A stretch of DNA of 64,000 nucleotides, taken from a virus. Taxonomy: Duplodnaviria; Caudoviricetes. Both the position numbers and the translations under genes were made by a program. The notes beneath the pieces are model-generated. The model was not told the DNA's origin. It searched no databases and saw nothing but the letters and a program-made list of their open reading frames with translations. Position 1 is the first letter of the stretch. Each line of letters starts with the position of its first letter. The DNA lies in IMG/VR virus record IMGVR_UViG_3300037418_002577, positions 9,563-73,562 of that record, one strand, 5' to 3'. Shown here piece by piece: positions 29,252 through 39,723 of this stretch.

Positions 29252-31342
29252 ATGTTTCAATACCGACGTCCCAACCAACGACAAGCCCCCTGGCAGCCCG
29301 CGCTGCAAGGGGGCGTTTCGGTTCCGGAGGTTCAGCAGCCGCCTCCGGCAAGGGGCCACGTCGCGCATCACGCTCCAGGTCCACGCTATGCGGCGGCCGC
29401 CTATGTTGTGCTGCTGTCGACCTTTGTTCCGCCGGACGAGCCGGTTCCGGTTCAGTCTCTGCCTGACCGTGCTCCGGCCGCCCAGCGGGCTCCCTCTGCC
29501 GCCTACTGGCGTGACAACTTCCTGGCCGTCGTACCGGCCGACATTCCGATCTCCTCACAGTCTCTCCCGGATCGTGCGCAGGCCCCGCGGCGCGCGGCCT
29601 TCTTTGCATACGAAATCCACTCGACTCCCCCGCCGAACGCAGAGGTTCCGTTCTCGGCCACGCTTCCGGCGAGGGTTGCAGGTCCACGTCGAGCGCGCGC
29701 TGAAGCCTATTGGTTCGCGGAACGCTTGATCCTGCCGCAGCAGCCGACTCCCCAGCCGGTCTTGCCGGATCAAATCGTGCTCCCGGAGCGTGCCCCCTCG
29801 GCCCCCCGCGCGGCCCCTGCCGCGTACTGGATCGCGGTCCCTGTTCCTCCGCAAGACGCGCCGTTCGGACAACAACTGTTGCCCGCGACAGCGATTCGCG
29901 TTCCCCGTGCGGTCCCCGCCGCTTACTGGTTGCACCCCCAAGTTCCGCCCGTCGAGGCGATGCCGCCGGCCAATGTCCGGTTCGATCGCGCCTCGGCCCC
30001 CCAACGAGCACCGTACTCTGCATATCTGATCGCTGCTTCGGTCCCCCAACCTGAGCAGCCGGTTGTCGCCGCCGTCCTCCCGCAACGTGCGGAAGGGCCC
30101 CGGCGCGCCGTGTCGTCCGCCTATGCCGTCTCGGCGACCATTCCGCCGTCCGACAATCCCCTGGTGAGGCCCGCAATGCCCGCGGTGGCGCGGGGCGCAC
30201 TCCGCGCTCCTGCTGCCGCGTACAGCCTGACCCAGTGGATGCCACCCGAGCAGCCGTCAATCTCCAGTGTTTGCCTGCCGAGTCGCCCGGCCGGTGCGGT
30301 TCGCGCCGCCAGCCAGGCGTACTCCTTCGCGTCCCCACAGCCCCCGGTCGAAGTGCCGGTTGAAACTCGACTGCAGCCTGACACCCCGCGCGCGGTGCGA
30401 CGTGCGCTGGTTGCAGCCTACAGCATCAACGCCCCACAGCCCCCGGTCGAAGTGCCGCCGGCTCCGATCTCGCTCCCCGATCGGGTCAGCGGTGCGCGGC
30501 GCGCTCCCGCTTCGGCCTACGCGGTTCACTCGCCGCAGCCACCCGTCGATCAACCGACGTTCGCACTCGCGTTGCCTGCGATTCCACGTGCCGCCCCTCG
30601 TGCGTCCGCCGCTGCCTATTGGCACCAAAACGGTCTGATTCCGCAGGAAGCGATTTCAGCCCCCGTTGTTTTGCCGGCGATGATCCGAGGGGCGGCGCGA
30701 GCGCCGGCCGCCGCTTACGAGATTCACACGACCCTGGCGACCGAGCAGCCGACGGGGGCTATCCTGCTTCCCAAGCCGCAGGCCGTGCGCCGCGCGGCCC
30801 CGGCAGCCTACACGTTCGGCCATTTCGTGCCGGTCCAAGCCCCGGTGATTCCGCAGGCGATCTCACAACCCGGTGGGACCCGCCGTGCCGCGTCGTCGGC
30901 GTACCTGATTGCCGTTTCGGTTCCGCCGGCCGACGTGCCGCCGAGCTCCGGGGCAATCTCGCAACCGCGACCCCAAGCGAGACGGGCGTCGGGCGTGGTG
31001 CTCAACGCGACCGTTCCGCCGCCCGAGGCCCCGGCTGGAGTTCAAACACTCAGTCGTCCTGTGGCTCCGCGTCGCGCCCCGGTCGCTGCCTACTCGATCA
31101 GTCCGAATCTGCCGATTGCGTCCGTTCCAAGCGGGGCTGTCGTCATGCCGAATCGGGCACCGGGTCCGCGGTGGGCGAATGCGGCGGCTTACTGGCAGGT
31201 GAATTCTCCTGTGGCCCCTGAGTTCCCGGTCGGCGTGCAGATCGTCCCGGCGCGGCCGATTGCGGCAGGTCGCGCGGCGAATGCGGCCTACTGGTTCCAT
31301 GCGGTTGTGCCGCCAGCGGACTCGACGGATTGTCAGTGCTGA
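29252..31342 (+). CDS. Pro/Ala-rich tandem-repeat protein (~20 units of ~33 aa)
   Basis: Recurrent LP-x-R...RA-x-x-AY(W/S) unit across 696 aa; ends in DCQC. Confidence 0.75.
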   Translation: MFQYRRPNQRQAPWQPALQGGVSVPEVQQPPPARGHVAHHAPGPRYAAAAYVVLLSTFVPPDEPVPVQSLPDRAPAAQRAPSAAYWRDNFLAVVPADIPISSQSLPDRAQAPRRAAFFAYEIHSTPPPNAEVPFSATLPARVAGPRRARAEAYWFAERLILPQQPTPQPVLPDQIVLPERAPSAPRAAPAAYWIAVPVPPQDAPFGQQLLPATAIRVPRAVPAAYWLHPQVPPVEAMPPANVRFDRASAPQRAPYSAYLIAASVPQPEQPVVAAVLPQRAEGPRRAVSSAYAVSATIPPSDNPLVRPAMPAVARGALRAPAAAYSLTQWMPPEQPSISSVCLPSRPAGAVRAASQAYSFASPQPPVEVPVETRLQPDTPRAVRRALVAAYSINAPQPPVEVPPAPISLPDRVSGARRAPASAYAVHSPQPPVDQPTFALALPAIPRAAPRASAAAYWHQNGLIPQEAISAPVVLPAMIRGAARAPAAAYEIHTTLATEQPTGAILLPKPQAVRRAAPAAYTFGHFVPVQAPVIPQAISQPGGTRRAASSAYLIAVSVPPADVPPSSGAISQPRPQARRASGVVLNATVPPPEAPAGVQTLSRPVAPRRAPVAAYSISPNLPIASVPSGAVVMPNRAPGPRWANAAAYWQVNSPVAPEFPVGVQIVPARPIAAGRAANAAYWFHAVVPPADSTDCQC

Positions 31343-31393
31343 TTGAAACCGGGCGGATACCCAAGAGGATCCAATGGCAGACTGGGGGTCGAA

Positions 31394-31822
31394 ATGACGT
31401 TGACAGAATACATTGCATCACAATCAGACCTGGCCGCTCTAGCGGTCGAAGCGCGGGACCAAGAGATTGACGCATTGCTCCGCGTCAGAGATCAACGCGG
31501 GCCGATCCCGTGTGATGAAATCAATCGCTGGTCGGCTCTCAATGGACTGATGGTTCGGCTGCATTTGGTGGCGATCGATCCACAGCATCCGGCCTTCGCG
31601 GCGGCTTACACTGCTGAGCGATGGCTATCGGATGTACGCAATGAAACCTTGGACATCGATCTTATTGCTTGTCAGTCGATGCTGGCTGGGCTTGTGGCGG
31701 CCAATATGATGAGCGACGGCGAGCGGACAGAACTTGAAGCATTGGCGGCGAATCGTTCGACGCGGGCTGTCGCGGCTCTCGGATTTCAGCCGACTCTCGA
31801 GCAGATTGGAGCGGCACGATGA
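31394..31822 (+). CDS. hypothetical virion-module protein
   Basis: ATG 31394; ATGA coupling to the next gene. Confidence 0.7.
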   Translation: MTLTEYIASQSDLAALAVEARDQEIDALLRVRDQRGPIPCDEINRWSALNGLMVRLHLVAIDPQHPAFAAAYTAERWLSDVRNETLDIDLIACQSMLAGLVAANMMSDGERTELEALAANRSTRAVAALGFQPTLEQIGAAR

Positions 31823-32433
31823 CGACAACGACCCCTAGTAAAACGCCATCCGCCGCACATATCGCCTGGGCGGATTACGCCAATGCCTCCGTCACGCTGG
31901 GGACTCCAGTGGACGTCTCGACAAAATTCGCGGTGGCATTCTCCGTGCGACTCGGACGCCGTAGCGGTTCGGCCTTCACGGCGGGATGGCCCAATGTTCG
32001 CATCGAAAAGAGCCTCAAGACCAGCGGGAATTACTGGATTCCAGTCGCGTCGTATCAGATGCAGGTCGGAGCCTCGATTGCCAATACGACCCTAAGCGGG
32101 ACAGTGGCTGCCGGGGACTCGACCTGCGTCGTTGCCGCCGCGACGAACATCGCAGCCGGAGATTATCTCTTCCTGGGTCACACGACCACCGTCGCCAATT
32201 ACGAGATTGTGCGGGTCAAGTCCATCAGCGGCACGACGGTGACCTTCGAGGAGCCTTGCGTCTCGGCACACGACAACACCGCGCCTGTCACGGATCAAGC
32301 CGAGACGGTCGTTATCTCGATCTCGACAACGGATTGCCAGCGAGTGCGTGCGGTGGTCGACAATGCGGGGAGCGGCCAGACGATCGCGGCGGAAATCACA
32401 ATCGGCACGTTTGATTCCTTGGGGACGGCCTGA
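31819..32433 (+). CDS. putative virion structural protein
   Basis: Thr/Ala/Val-rich beta protein; 'NTTLSGTVAAGDSTCVVAAATNIAAGD' tail-type motif. Confidence 0.65.
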   Translation: MTTTTPSKTPSAAHIAWADYANASVTLGTPVDVSTKFAVAFSVRLGRRSGSAFTAGWPNVRIEKSLKTSGNYWIPVASYQMQVGASIANTTLSGTVAAGDSTCVVAAATNIAAGDYLFLGHTTTVANYEIVRVKSISGTTVTFEEPCVSAHDNTAPVTDQAETVVISISTTDCQRVRAVVDNAGSGQTIAAEITIGTFDSLGTA

Positions 32434-33581
32434 TGCTCTTGCAGACCGGCACTATCGACTGCTCGAATCCAGTCAACCGAGAGGCCCCCGAAATGCGGGG
32501 CTGCCTCGCGCGGTGGATGTACGTGCCGGGGATGGCGGGCGGGGCGAAGCTTTTGAATCTGTTTAGCGCGCATGACATTAGGAACGCAACTCACGGGACG
32601 CTAATAAATAGCCCCTCATGGTTGGCTTCTCAGCGACAAGGAGGATACGGATCGGTCTCGTTTTCTGCGGCGAGCAGTCAATATATCGCCGCAAATTCCC
32701 CAACTTTGTCCTCTGTCGTTGGGACTATATCCGTCGTGGTTAATAAGCGCACGACCGGCAGAATGTTTGTCGTCGCGAATTATTCCACAGGCCGCGGATT
32801 CTCCCTGGAAGTCGGGCTGACGAACGAGAGGCCGCGATTCCTGTTTGCGTTCAACGGATCAGACTCGCGCGACATCGACATTACCGGGGACGCAAACATT
32901 CCGATTGGCGTGAACACCGTCATTACTGTCACCTCAGACGGTACAAACGGGGCTCTCTATATCAATGGGCGGCTGGCTGGGACAGACACGGGCGCGCCGG
33001 TCACGCCTAACAACAACCTGGAGATTGGGCGATATTCTGGAAATGCGTTTTACTGGAACGGCACGATCGACGATGTGTGTCTCTGGAATCGCGTCCTGTC
33101 GCCGGCTGAGATCTACGAAATTGTCCAAAATCCGGTCGCCTGGAATCGCAAGACGCTGAATTATCTGCGAATCCCGTTTACTCCCTCAGTCTCGGGGGTC
33201 CCGGAGGAGTTGTTATTTCGGGACAGCCGCTTTTCCAGCGTGCCGCGCGGCGCCGCATCCCTGACCGCCGCGCGCACGGCGTTGCGACAGCCGTTCCATC
33301 TGGAGAATGATCCGGTTAGTGCGGGCGAGGAGTTGTTTCGTGATCTCCGGTTTAGTGCGCCGACCTTTCGCGCCAGCCTCTCTCGGGCTCACCTGCTGGC
33401 GACACTCGCGTCGCAGTTTCACTCGTTCGAGCCCGTGCCGTTCCGAGGCCCCAGCCCGTATCGTCCGGCCCGAGTCGAAGCGGCCAGCAGTTTCCGAACA
33501 CGGATGCCGCAAACAGAGTCCTATCGAGGCCGACCCGAACAGTCTCACGAATCACGCGGCCGGCCCGAGGAGGCGACATGA
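32433..33581 (+). CDS. LamG/concanavalin A-like jelly-roll tail protein
   Basis: 'ITVTSDGTNGALYINGRLAG', 'WNGTIDDVCLWNRVLSPAEI'. Confidence 0.85.
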   Translation: MLLQTGTIDCSNPVNREAPEMRGCLARWMYVPGMAGGAKLLNLFSAHDIRNATHGTLINSPSWLASQRQGGYGSVSFSAASSQYIAANSPTLSSVVGTISVVVNKRTTGRMFVVANYSTGRGFSLEVGLTNERPRFLFAFNGSDSRDIDITGDANIPIGVNTVITVTSDGTNGALYINGRLAGTDTGAPVTPNNNLEIGRYSGNAFYWNGTIDDVCLWNRVLSPAEIYEIVQNPVAWNRKTLNYLRIPFTPSVSGVPEELLFRDSRFSSVPRGAASLTAARTALRQPFHLENDPVSAGEELFRDLRFSAPTFRASLSRAHLLATLASQFHSFEPVPFRGPSPYRPARVEAASSFRTRMPQTESYRGRPEQSHESRGRPEEAT

Positions 33582-34060
33582 GCAACCCCATCAGCGACCA
33601 AATGACGGCGATCTGGAACGCGATCGACAATTACGCCGATCTCCAAAGTCAGTTCAGCCAGAAGTACAAGCTCGACGAGAACATGCCCGATTTCACCGAG
33701 GACGACGATCCGAAGTTCGCGGATTACCCGGCGATCATGGTCCTGCCGAGCTCCGAAATGCCCGACTGGTATCTGAATAAGCAGATGAAGATTGTGACGG
33801 CCTTTGAAATCTGGATGTGGACGGAGAAGTGGGCGTACTCCCAGGCCGCCGACTTGCTGCAGAAACTCCGGCTGGCGTTCTGGAAGGCGTCCGCATCCGT
33901 GGCGACCCCGTCCTACATCAAGACCTGCACCGGATACCACCCGATTTCGTTCTCTTCGATCAGATACAAGCGAGTTGTGGTCGGCGAACGCGGCTCGCAA
34001 CGGGCCCTCAAGACGACCGCGGTTCTCACCCTTCAAACGAACGACGACCCCTTGGCTTAG
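33578..34060 (+). CDS. putative tail terminator/completion protein
   Basis: 160 aa directly before the tube gene; 'YPAIMV' motif. Confidence 0.6.
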   Translation: MSNPISDQMTAIWNAIDNYADLQSQFSQKYKLDENMPDFTEDDDPKFADYPAIMVLPSSEMPDWYLNKQMKIVTAFEIWMWTEKWAYSQAADLLQKLRLAFWKASASVATPSYIKTCTGYHPISFSSIRYKRVVVGERGSQRALKTTAVLTLQTNDDPLA

Positions 34061-34069
34061 GAGCGCATT

Positions 34070-35017
34070 ATGGCTGACACGATTACCCCGATCATGACCC
34101 CGCAGAGTTATCTCGCGATGTTCGACGAGGGGACCTGGGGCGACATGCCCGGCTCCCCGACCTACATCCATCTCCCCGTGTTCGATTACGGGGTGGACCT
34201 GGAGCCCGAGACGCGCGAGGCGACGCCCTTTACCGGGCTGTACCAGGAAAAGCACCTGGGCACCATCCGCGGGTTGCCGGCTGGCATGATTCGCACGGCG
34301 CTCTACGGCTGGCATCCAGCCGGCCTCGCGACGTCGTTGATGGAGTACCTGATCGACTGGGCCTTCCTGCACCAGGAAACCCAGCTTCTGCCGAGCAAGG
34401 GATTCGAGTGGGCGGAAGGCCCGGACCTGGCCAATCGACGCCACCTGGGCTGCCGGGTCGACACGGCCACGTTGTCGGGGTCCGAGCAGTCGAAGATCGT
34501 CACGCTCGACCTGGGGATCAAGGGGCGCTCGGAGGAGACATTTGCCACGGCCCAGACTCTCCCGGCCAACCGGAATAAGCTGGTCGAAGTCGAGTACCCG
34601 GACTGCAACTTCTCCATCGGCGGCAGTGAGGTCAAGATTCAGGCGTTCGCGCTCCAGGCCCAGAACGGGCTGATCGTGTCGTTCCTCAACTCCAACACGC
34701 CGACGTTGCTCGTGAAAGCGGTGCGGCGAGTGGTCCTGTCGATGGTCCCCGCGAAGACCGCCGACACCTACAACGCGCTCTCCCGCGCGTTCTCGATGAA
34801 TGAGTTCACCGGGCAGATCGTGCTCCGTGGCTTACACAACGGCAGCGGCGTGACCGGCACGAAAGCGGTGGGCACGATCGACTTCCCCCGGATGGGATTC
34901 ATTCGCCAAAAGGCCAAGGCCGGCCAGAGCCAAATCCTGTTCCAGCAGCTCAACTTCAAGATCATGAAACCGGATACGTCGGCGGCCGACATGACCACGA
35001 CTTGGAGTGAGGAGTAA
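34070..35017 (+). CDS. tail tube protein
   Basis: 'DEGTWGDMP' (EE-x-x-W/YG-x-x-P type) N-terminus; alternating beta strands; 315 aa. Confidence 0.7.
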   Translation: MADTITPIMTPQSYLAMFDEGTWGDMPGSPTYIHLPVFDYGVDLEPETREATPFTGLYQEKHLGTIRGLPAGMIRTALYGWHPAGLATSLMEYLIDWAFLHQETQLLPSKGFEWAEGPDLANRRHLGCRVDTATLSGSEQSKIVTLDLGIKGRSEETFATAQTLPANRNKLVEVEYPDCNFSIGGSEVKIQAFALQAQNGLIVSFLNSNTPTLLVKAVRRVVLSMVPAKTADTYNALSRAFSMNEFTGQIVLRGLHNGSGVTGTKAVGTIDFPRMGFIRQKAKAGQSQILFQQLNFKIMKPDTSAADMTTTWSEE

Positions 35018-35023
35018 TCCGCG

Positions 35024-36823
35024 ATGGCAGCGCAAGACGAAGAACTCCCGACCCCCGAGGAAATCGCCCAACAAGGCTTGGACGAGAACGGGGATGCCCC
35101 GCCCGAGGAGGAGGACGCTTCTCTTGCGCTGCCCGAGTCGGACCCGCAGGAGTCGTTGCATCAAAAGCTCCAAGCCATGCACGACAGGCTTCTGGAGTCG
35201 GTCAACCAGCAGATGGAGGTGATCCAAAATGCGATCCGCGAATCACGCGGCCCAGTGGCTGATGCTCCAATTGACCCTGGCCCTGGGGCTCCGGCAGAGC
35301 CTCCCCAGCCGCCCCCCGCAGTGGAATCCGATCCCGCCAACGAGCAGCCGACCGAAAGTCGGCAATTTGCTTTCCCGGAGTCCACCCGGGAAACAGTTCA
35401 GATTCCCGAGATGCCCCAGGAATCAGCGGTAGCGCCGCTCGGAGATCAGAGCCAGTCGCAGGTCTATGCCACTCCGGCCGTCACGCAAGAGCCGTTGCAG
35501 ATCGACTTGGGGACGTTCTACCGCACCGTCGGGATGACGTCCGAGCCCGATCCCGAAGTCGATCAGCCGGAGCCCGCCGGGCAGCCCGATCCTCCGCCGT
35601 TGGTTTCGGAGCCAATGGCCTTGCAGGGCGTTCCGGCCCCGCAGTTCGCGCTTCCGCCCGCGCCCGTTCCGCCCGTTGCTCCGCCCGTCCCGGTGGCTGT
35701 GCCGGCCCCTTTCCCCGCCCCCCCTGTCGCCACGCCCGCCCCGCCCGCGGCCCCGCGCCAAGCGCCGCCTCCGCAAATCGTCCCTGTGCCGGCCGAGTCC
35801 CCCGCGCCGCCCGCCCCCGCCCCGGCTGCACCGCGGCCGCCAGTGGCCGCGCAACCGCCCGCCGAGATCCCGGAGCCGGTCGCGCCGCCCCCGGCCGCCG
35901 CGCCATCCGCCGCCGTCGAGCCGGTCGCGCCATCGGAGCCAACCGGACCGCCCGAGGATCAGGAGCCGGATCCGGTTGCGCGGCCCGCAATCCCCGCGCG
36001 GCCCGCGGTGATCGATCCGCAGACCGGGGAAGCCGATGAGTCGCCGGCCCTGGAGATTCCAGGATTCCCACCCGGCGCCCAGGTCCATGCGCCGCCAGCC
36101 GTGCTCCCGCCAGACGCAAAGGACGGAGCCGACTGGGAGCCGGTCAATGCGTTTGTTCCGCCGCCCGCAAGTGAGGCCCGGCCTCGCCGAATTCATTCGC
36201 GCACCGAACCAGCGCTCGAGCAGCCCGCCGCCGTTCCGAACGAAACCCCGCTGGAAGTCCCGGAGTCGCCCACAGCGGCCGCCCCGCCGAAACCAGACGA
36301 GTTGCCGAAAGCGGTGCAAGGGGACCAGCCCGACGAGCACACGCCGCTGGGCCGGATCGAGCGAACGCTTGAGCAGATCCGTGACGGCGAGAGTCCGAAC
36401 GCCGAGCCCGTGCTCCCGGCCGCTCCCGCCGCCAACGATGCGCCGCGCGCGACCGGCAAGCAATCTCCGACGCGGCGCGAACCCGACACGCAGGGGCCGA
36501 CGGCCAACTCTCCGGAAACTCCGGAGAGTTCGACCAGCGGAGGCCAGCCCGCAGGTTCCGCAGACAGTCAGGTTCTCGATATCATCGACGATGCTTCCAA
36601 GGTGGGCGAGCAGGCGCGCGAATTGGCGACGGTCGCGCGCGAGATCCTGGCGCAGTTGATGCAAACGATGCAGACGGTCGGCGAGGGGATGTCTGGGGCC
36701 AATGAATCGCTGCGGGCGCTCCGCGACGACGTGAACCGGCAGGCGGCGGCAATTGAGATCATCAGTCAGTCTCTGGCCGAGTCGCCGCGAGAACGAGCCA
36801 TGCGGGCAGGGCAATCTCTATGA
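35024..36823 (+). CDS. Pro/Glu-rich, largely disordered protein in the tape-measure position
   Basis: Long low-complexity PA/PE tract flanked by short helical segments. Confidence 0.65.
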   Translation: MAAQDEELPTPEEIAQQGLDENGDAPPEEEDASLALPESDPQESLHQKLQAMHDRLLESVNQQMEVIQNAIRESRGPVADAPIDPGPGAPAEPPQPPPAVESDPANEQPTESRQFAFPESTRETVQIPEMPQESAVAPLGDQSQSQVYATPAVTQEPLQIDLGTFYRTVGMTSEPDPEVDQPEPAGQPDPPPLVSEPMALQGVPAPQFALPPAPVPPVAPPVPVAVPAPFPAPPVATPAPPAAPRQAPPPQIVPVPAESPAPPAPAPAAPRPPVAAQPPAEIPEPVAPPPAAAPSAAVEPVAPSEPTGPPEDQEPDPVARPAIPARPAVIDPQTGEADESPALEIPGFPPGAQVHAPPAVLPPDAKDGADWEPVNAFVPPPASEARPRRIHSRTEPALEQPAAVPNETPLEVPESPTAAAPPKPDELPKAVQGDQPDEHTPLGRIERTLEQIRDGESPNAEPVLPAAPAANDAPRATGKQSPTRREPDTQGPTANSPETPESSTSGGQPAGSADSQVLDIIDDASKVGEQARELATVAREILAQLMQTMQTVGEGMSGANESLRALRDDVNRQAAAIEIISQSLAESPRERAMRAGQSL

Positions 36824-38658
36824 CGCTGCACATGGAATATCAGGGGCCATCCGACAGTTCCTTCACGACGCTCGACGTGACGGCCGACCGGATCACCGAC
36901 CTGAAGCTCCACTTCTCGACGGAGCACGCGTCCTACGCGACATGGATCATGCGGCAGGCCGAGCACACGATGCCGATCCTGCGGAATTCGTTCATCCGGA
37001 TTTGGGACGACTCGAACAACGGCAATGCCGAGGACACGCCCTACGGGCCTTGGTCACAGTCGCGACCTCAGTTCGAGGGGTTCGTGGATGAAGTCTCCCC
37101 AGGCGACGACTCGACGACGATTCGATACCTCGCCTACGATCCGACCGTCATCGTCTCGCGGGAAACTCAGGTCATGTCGACGGGCTGGATCGACGACGGA
37201 AACGGCGGGTACACCGAGGGGCAGGGGGCGACGCCGCGGCTGGTCCTGAACGAGTACATCGACAGTTCCCCGGATTGGCCGTTCGAGCGCGATCACAACG
37301 TCACCGTGGGCGGCATGATCACCGGCATCCTGCAGGACGCGAATCTGCCGCTCGTGCGGTTCAACGCGGCGCCCAGCGGCGCTTTGGCTTGGAACCCGGC
37401 GGACATCGTCGACTTCAACTTCCGGCCCCAGGAAAAGATGGTGTTCGACTCGATGGGGATTCGTTCCGCGATCGAGTCCGTGCTGCGCTGGGAGCCGGCC
37501 GTCAAGCTGTTCTTCACCCCCGGGTTGCGGACGTGGAATTTTTTCAACGCCTACAACTCGCCGCGGCGGACGCTGACACTGAACCAGTTCACGGGAATCT
37601 ACAAGGTTCTCAGTCGGACGCTGCGGCGTTCGTTCGCCAATCGGTACACGGCCGTCAAAATCTACGGGCCGGAGACGGCGCAGATCGCGTACTTCTCAAC
37701 GGTGGATGGCACGCTCGAAACCACGGACGGCGGAGTGGTGCTCGAGAATTACAACGATTCGGGGGGCGGCGCGCAGCAAGTCGTCAGCCACACGACTTGG
37801 CAGATCGTCGATCCGACCAAGCGGCGCGGCTGGCGGCGGTTGCCGACGCCGCAATATGTGCCGATCGGTTCCTACTTCTACCAGCTCACCTACAGCCCGA
37901 CCTTGCAGTATTCGTTCGACGGCGGCACGACCTGGAACACGCACTCCTGGCCGATTTGGGACTTCCAGAACGGGCGCGTCACGATCGGCAATAGCCACAT
38001 TTTTCTATACATCAACCCGGCTCCGTTCCCGCCGACGACGCAACATTACTTCATCCCGAACGCGATTCGGATTCAGTACGCCTACCACCTGACGCCGCTC
38101 TCCGTGCGGTCGCCGCTCACCGGCTACTCGGGGACAGCCTACACGGTGGCCAACACGCAGACGACGCTCCGGGCCCGCGATCCGATGCTGGCGGTCGGCT
38201 ACGAATGGGGGACGCCCGTCACGACCGCGACCCGGCTGGCCGAGTTCCAGGCTTATGCCGATCGGCTGCAGCAGCAGCGCCGCGAGATCAACTATACGGG
38301 CGGCGTGGTGCTCGACGGCCTGCGGTACGAGTTCGCGCGGCTCAACCGGGCGATCGACCTCGCCGCGGTGGACAGCGATGGGGCGGCGCTCGTCACCGGC
38401 CTGGAGCACATGGGGGCGCTCGTGACCGACGTCGAATACGATTACGAGAAGCGGATCACGACTCTCTTGTTCTCGTCAGACCAACTCGCGGTCGCCGGCT
38501 TCTCCCCGGAGTTCCTGAAGGCCCGGCTGCAGATCAAGGCGTTGCAGCAGATCCGGGTGTCGACGCTCAGTTACGACATCCGCTTCAACGGCAATTCGAC
38601 GGTCAGCAATACCACCCAGACCATTTACGTCGACCCGATCACCGGGCAGCAGGGGTAA
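36820..38658 (+). CDS. putative tail tip/baseplate hub protein
   Basis: 612 aa; 'RPQFEGFVDEV', 'RYTAVKIYG', 'LVTDVEYDYEKRITTL' hub-like pattern. Confidence 0.65.
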   Translation: MTLHMEYQGPSDSSFTTLDVTADRITDLKLHFSTEHASYATWIMRQAEHTMPILRNSFIRIWDDSNNGNAEDTPYGPWSQSRPQFEGFVDEVSPGDDSTTIRYLAYDPTVIVSRETQVMSTGWIDDGNGGYTEGQGATPRLVLNEYIDSSPDWPFERDHNVTVGGMITGILQDANLPLVRFNAAPSGALAWNPADIVDFNFRPQEKMVFDSMGIRSAIESVLRWEPAVKLFFTPGLRTWNFFNAYNSPRRTLTLNQFTGIYKVLSRTLRRSFANRYTAVKIYGPETAQIAYFSTVDGTLETTDGGVVLENYNDSGGGAQQVVSHTTWQIVDPTKRRGWRRLPTPQYVPIGSYFYQLTYSPTLQYSFDGGTTWNTHSWPIWDFQNGRVTIGNSHIFLYINPAPFPPTTQHYFIPNAIRIQYAYHLTPLSVRSPLTGYSGTAYTVANTQTTLRARDPMLAVGYEWGTPVTTATRLAEFQAYADRLQQQRREINYTGGVVLDGLRYEFARLNRAIDLAAVDSDGAALVTGLEHMGALVTDVEYDYEKRITTLLFSSDQLAVAGFSPEFLKARLQIKALQQIRVSTLSYDIRFNGNSTVSNTTQTIYVDPITGQQG

Positions 38659-38659
38659 A

Positions 38660-39274
38660 ATGGCGCGCCAATGGGACCGACCCGTCAACCCGATCTTCGC
38701 CGAGCGCGACGACCGGGAATTGCTGTACCGCATGAAGACGGACATCGAGGAACTGCAAAAGCTCCTGCAGCCGGCGTTCGGATTTGGGTCGGGGGACACC
38801 GGTCTCGCCGGCACGCAGATCCCGTTCTACTTCCCGGCAGGGTCGGGGGACGGATCTTCTGGGACGGGGGCCTCTCTCTCGGTGGTGCGACTGGAAGAGC
38901 CGCTTTACCGCGGCGTCCGGGTCAACGCGCAACTCCAGAGCTGGAACGGCGCAGCCTGGGGGAACGGCGGGGGCGGCCAGATTCTCGTCTACGGCGACCT
39001 CTTCAACGGTTACGGCTTCGACGGCGAGTTGTTCGCGGCGTTCAAGTCGGTCGAAAATGATCGGTACTACGCGGTCGGCTGCGGGACGACCTTCTGCAAG
39101 GGGACCGTCGCTTCGCAGGTCACGTCTTCGGGGACGGCCTCAGTGACAGTCCGCGGGAACAAGCAAATCACGATCACCGGGTATTACGGAACGCTGGCCG
39201 CCAACAAGAAGTTCGGCGTGAATTGGGATGAATATGATTCCAAGTGGACCATCCACGCCGGGGAGTGTAGCTGA
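38660..39274 (+). CDS. putative tail protein
   Basis: Coupled to the hub gene; N-terminal coiled coil plus Gly-rich beta region. Confidence 0.65.
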   Translation: MARQWDRPVNPIFAERDDRELLYRMKTDIEELQKLLQPAFGFGSGDTGLAGTQIPFYFPAGSGDGSSGTGASLSVVRLEEPLYRGVRVNAQLQSWNGAAWGNGGGGQILVYGDLFNGYGFDGELFAAFKSVENDRYYAVGCGTTFCKGTVASQVTSSGTASVTVRGNKQITITGYYGTLAANKKFGVNWDEYDSKWTIHAGECS

Positions 39275-39723
39275 TGGGGTTTAAGTTTTCCGCCGGCTGC
39301 AACTGCTGTTGCCCCTGCGATCAATGCAGCGAATACAACTGCACCACATGCTGGCAATTCACGGTGTCCGGGGTTACTGGTACGTGCCCCGCTGTGCCGG
39401 AATTCAATGGGAACTTCCTGGCTCGCCCTTTTGATTCAGGGTTAAGTAATTGCGATTGGCGTGTCTCGCACGCGCTCTTTAATCCTTGTGGCGGCGGACC
39501 ATCCACTTCGATTTACTTCATCAGCGCAGATCCTGTGAATTTCAACCTCCTGACGACGAACCTTCAAAGCGGTTCAAGTGCGTTCGCGCTCTGGACAATT
39601 CGCCGAACACTCTGGGTCTGCGACGGGCCAAACACCCTGACGCTCAATCCCGGATCATACGCATCCGCGGCTATCGGCACATGGCCGAGCACTGTCACCC
39701 TCAATAAGGTTGTGTGCCCATGA
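39274..39723 (+). CDS. Cys-rich putative tail fibre/receptor-binding protein
   Basis: N-terminal GCNCCCPCDQC; lower GC than flanks. Confidence 0.6.
   Translation: MGFKFSAGCNCCCPCDQCSEYNCTTCWQFTVSGVTGTCPAVPEFNGNFLARPFDSGLSNCDWRVSHALFNPCGGGPSTSIYFISADPVNFNLLTTNLQSGSSAFALWTIRRTLWVCDGPNTLTLNPGSYASAAIGTWPSTVTLNKVVCP

Noticed and set aside
29247-30338. Long antisense ORFs opposite the repeat protein, and similar ones opposite capsid, portal and tail genes
   Set aside because: Arg/Gly/Pro-rich shadows of GC-rich coding strands with no motifs or RBS
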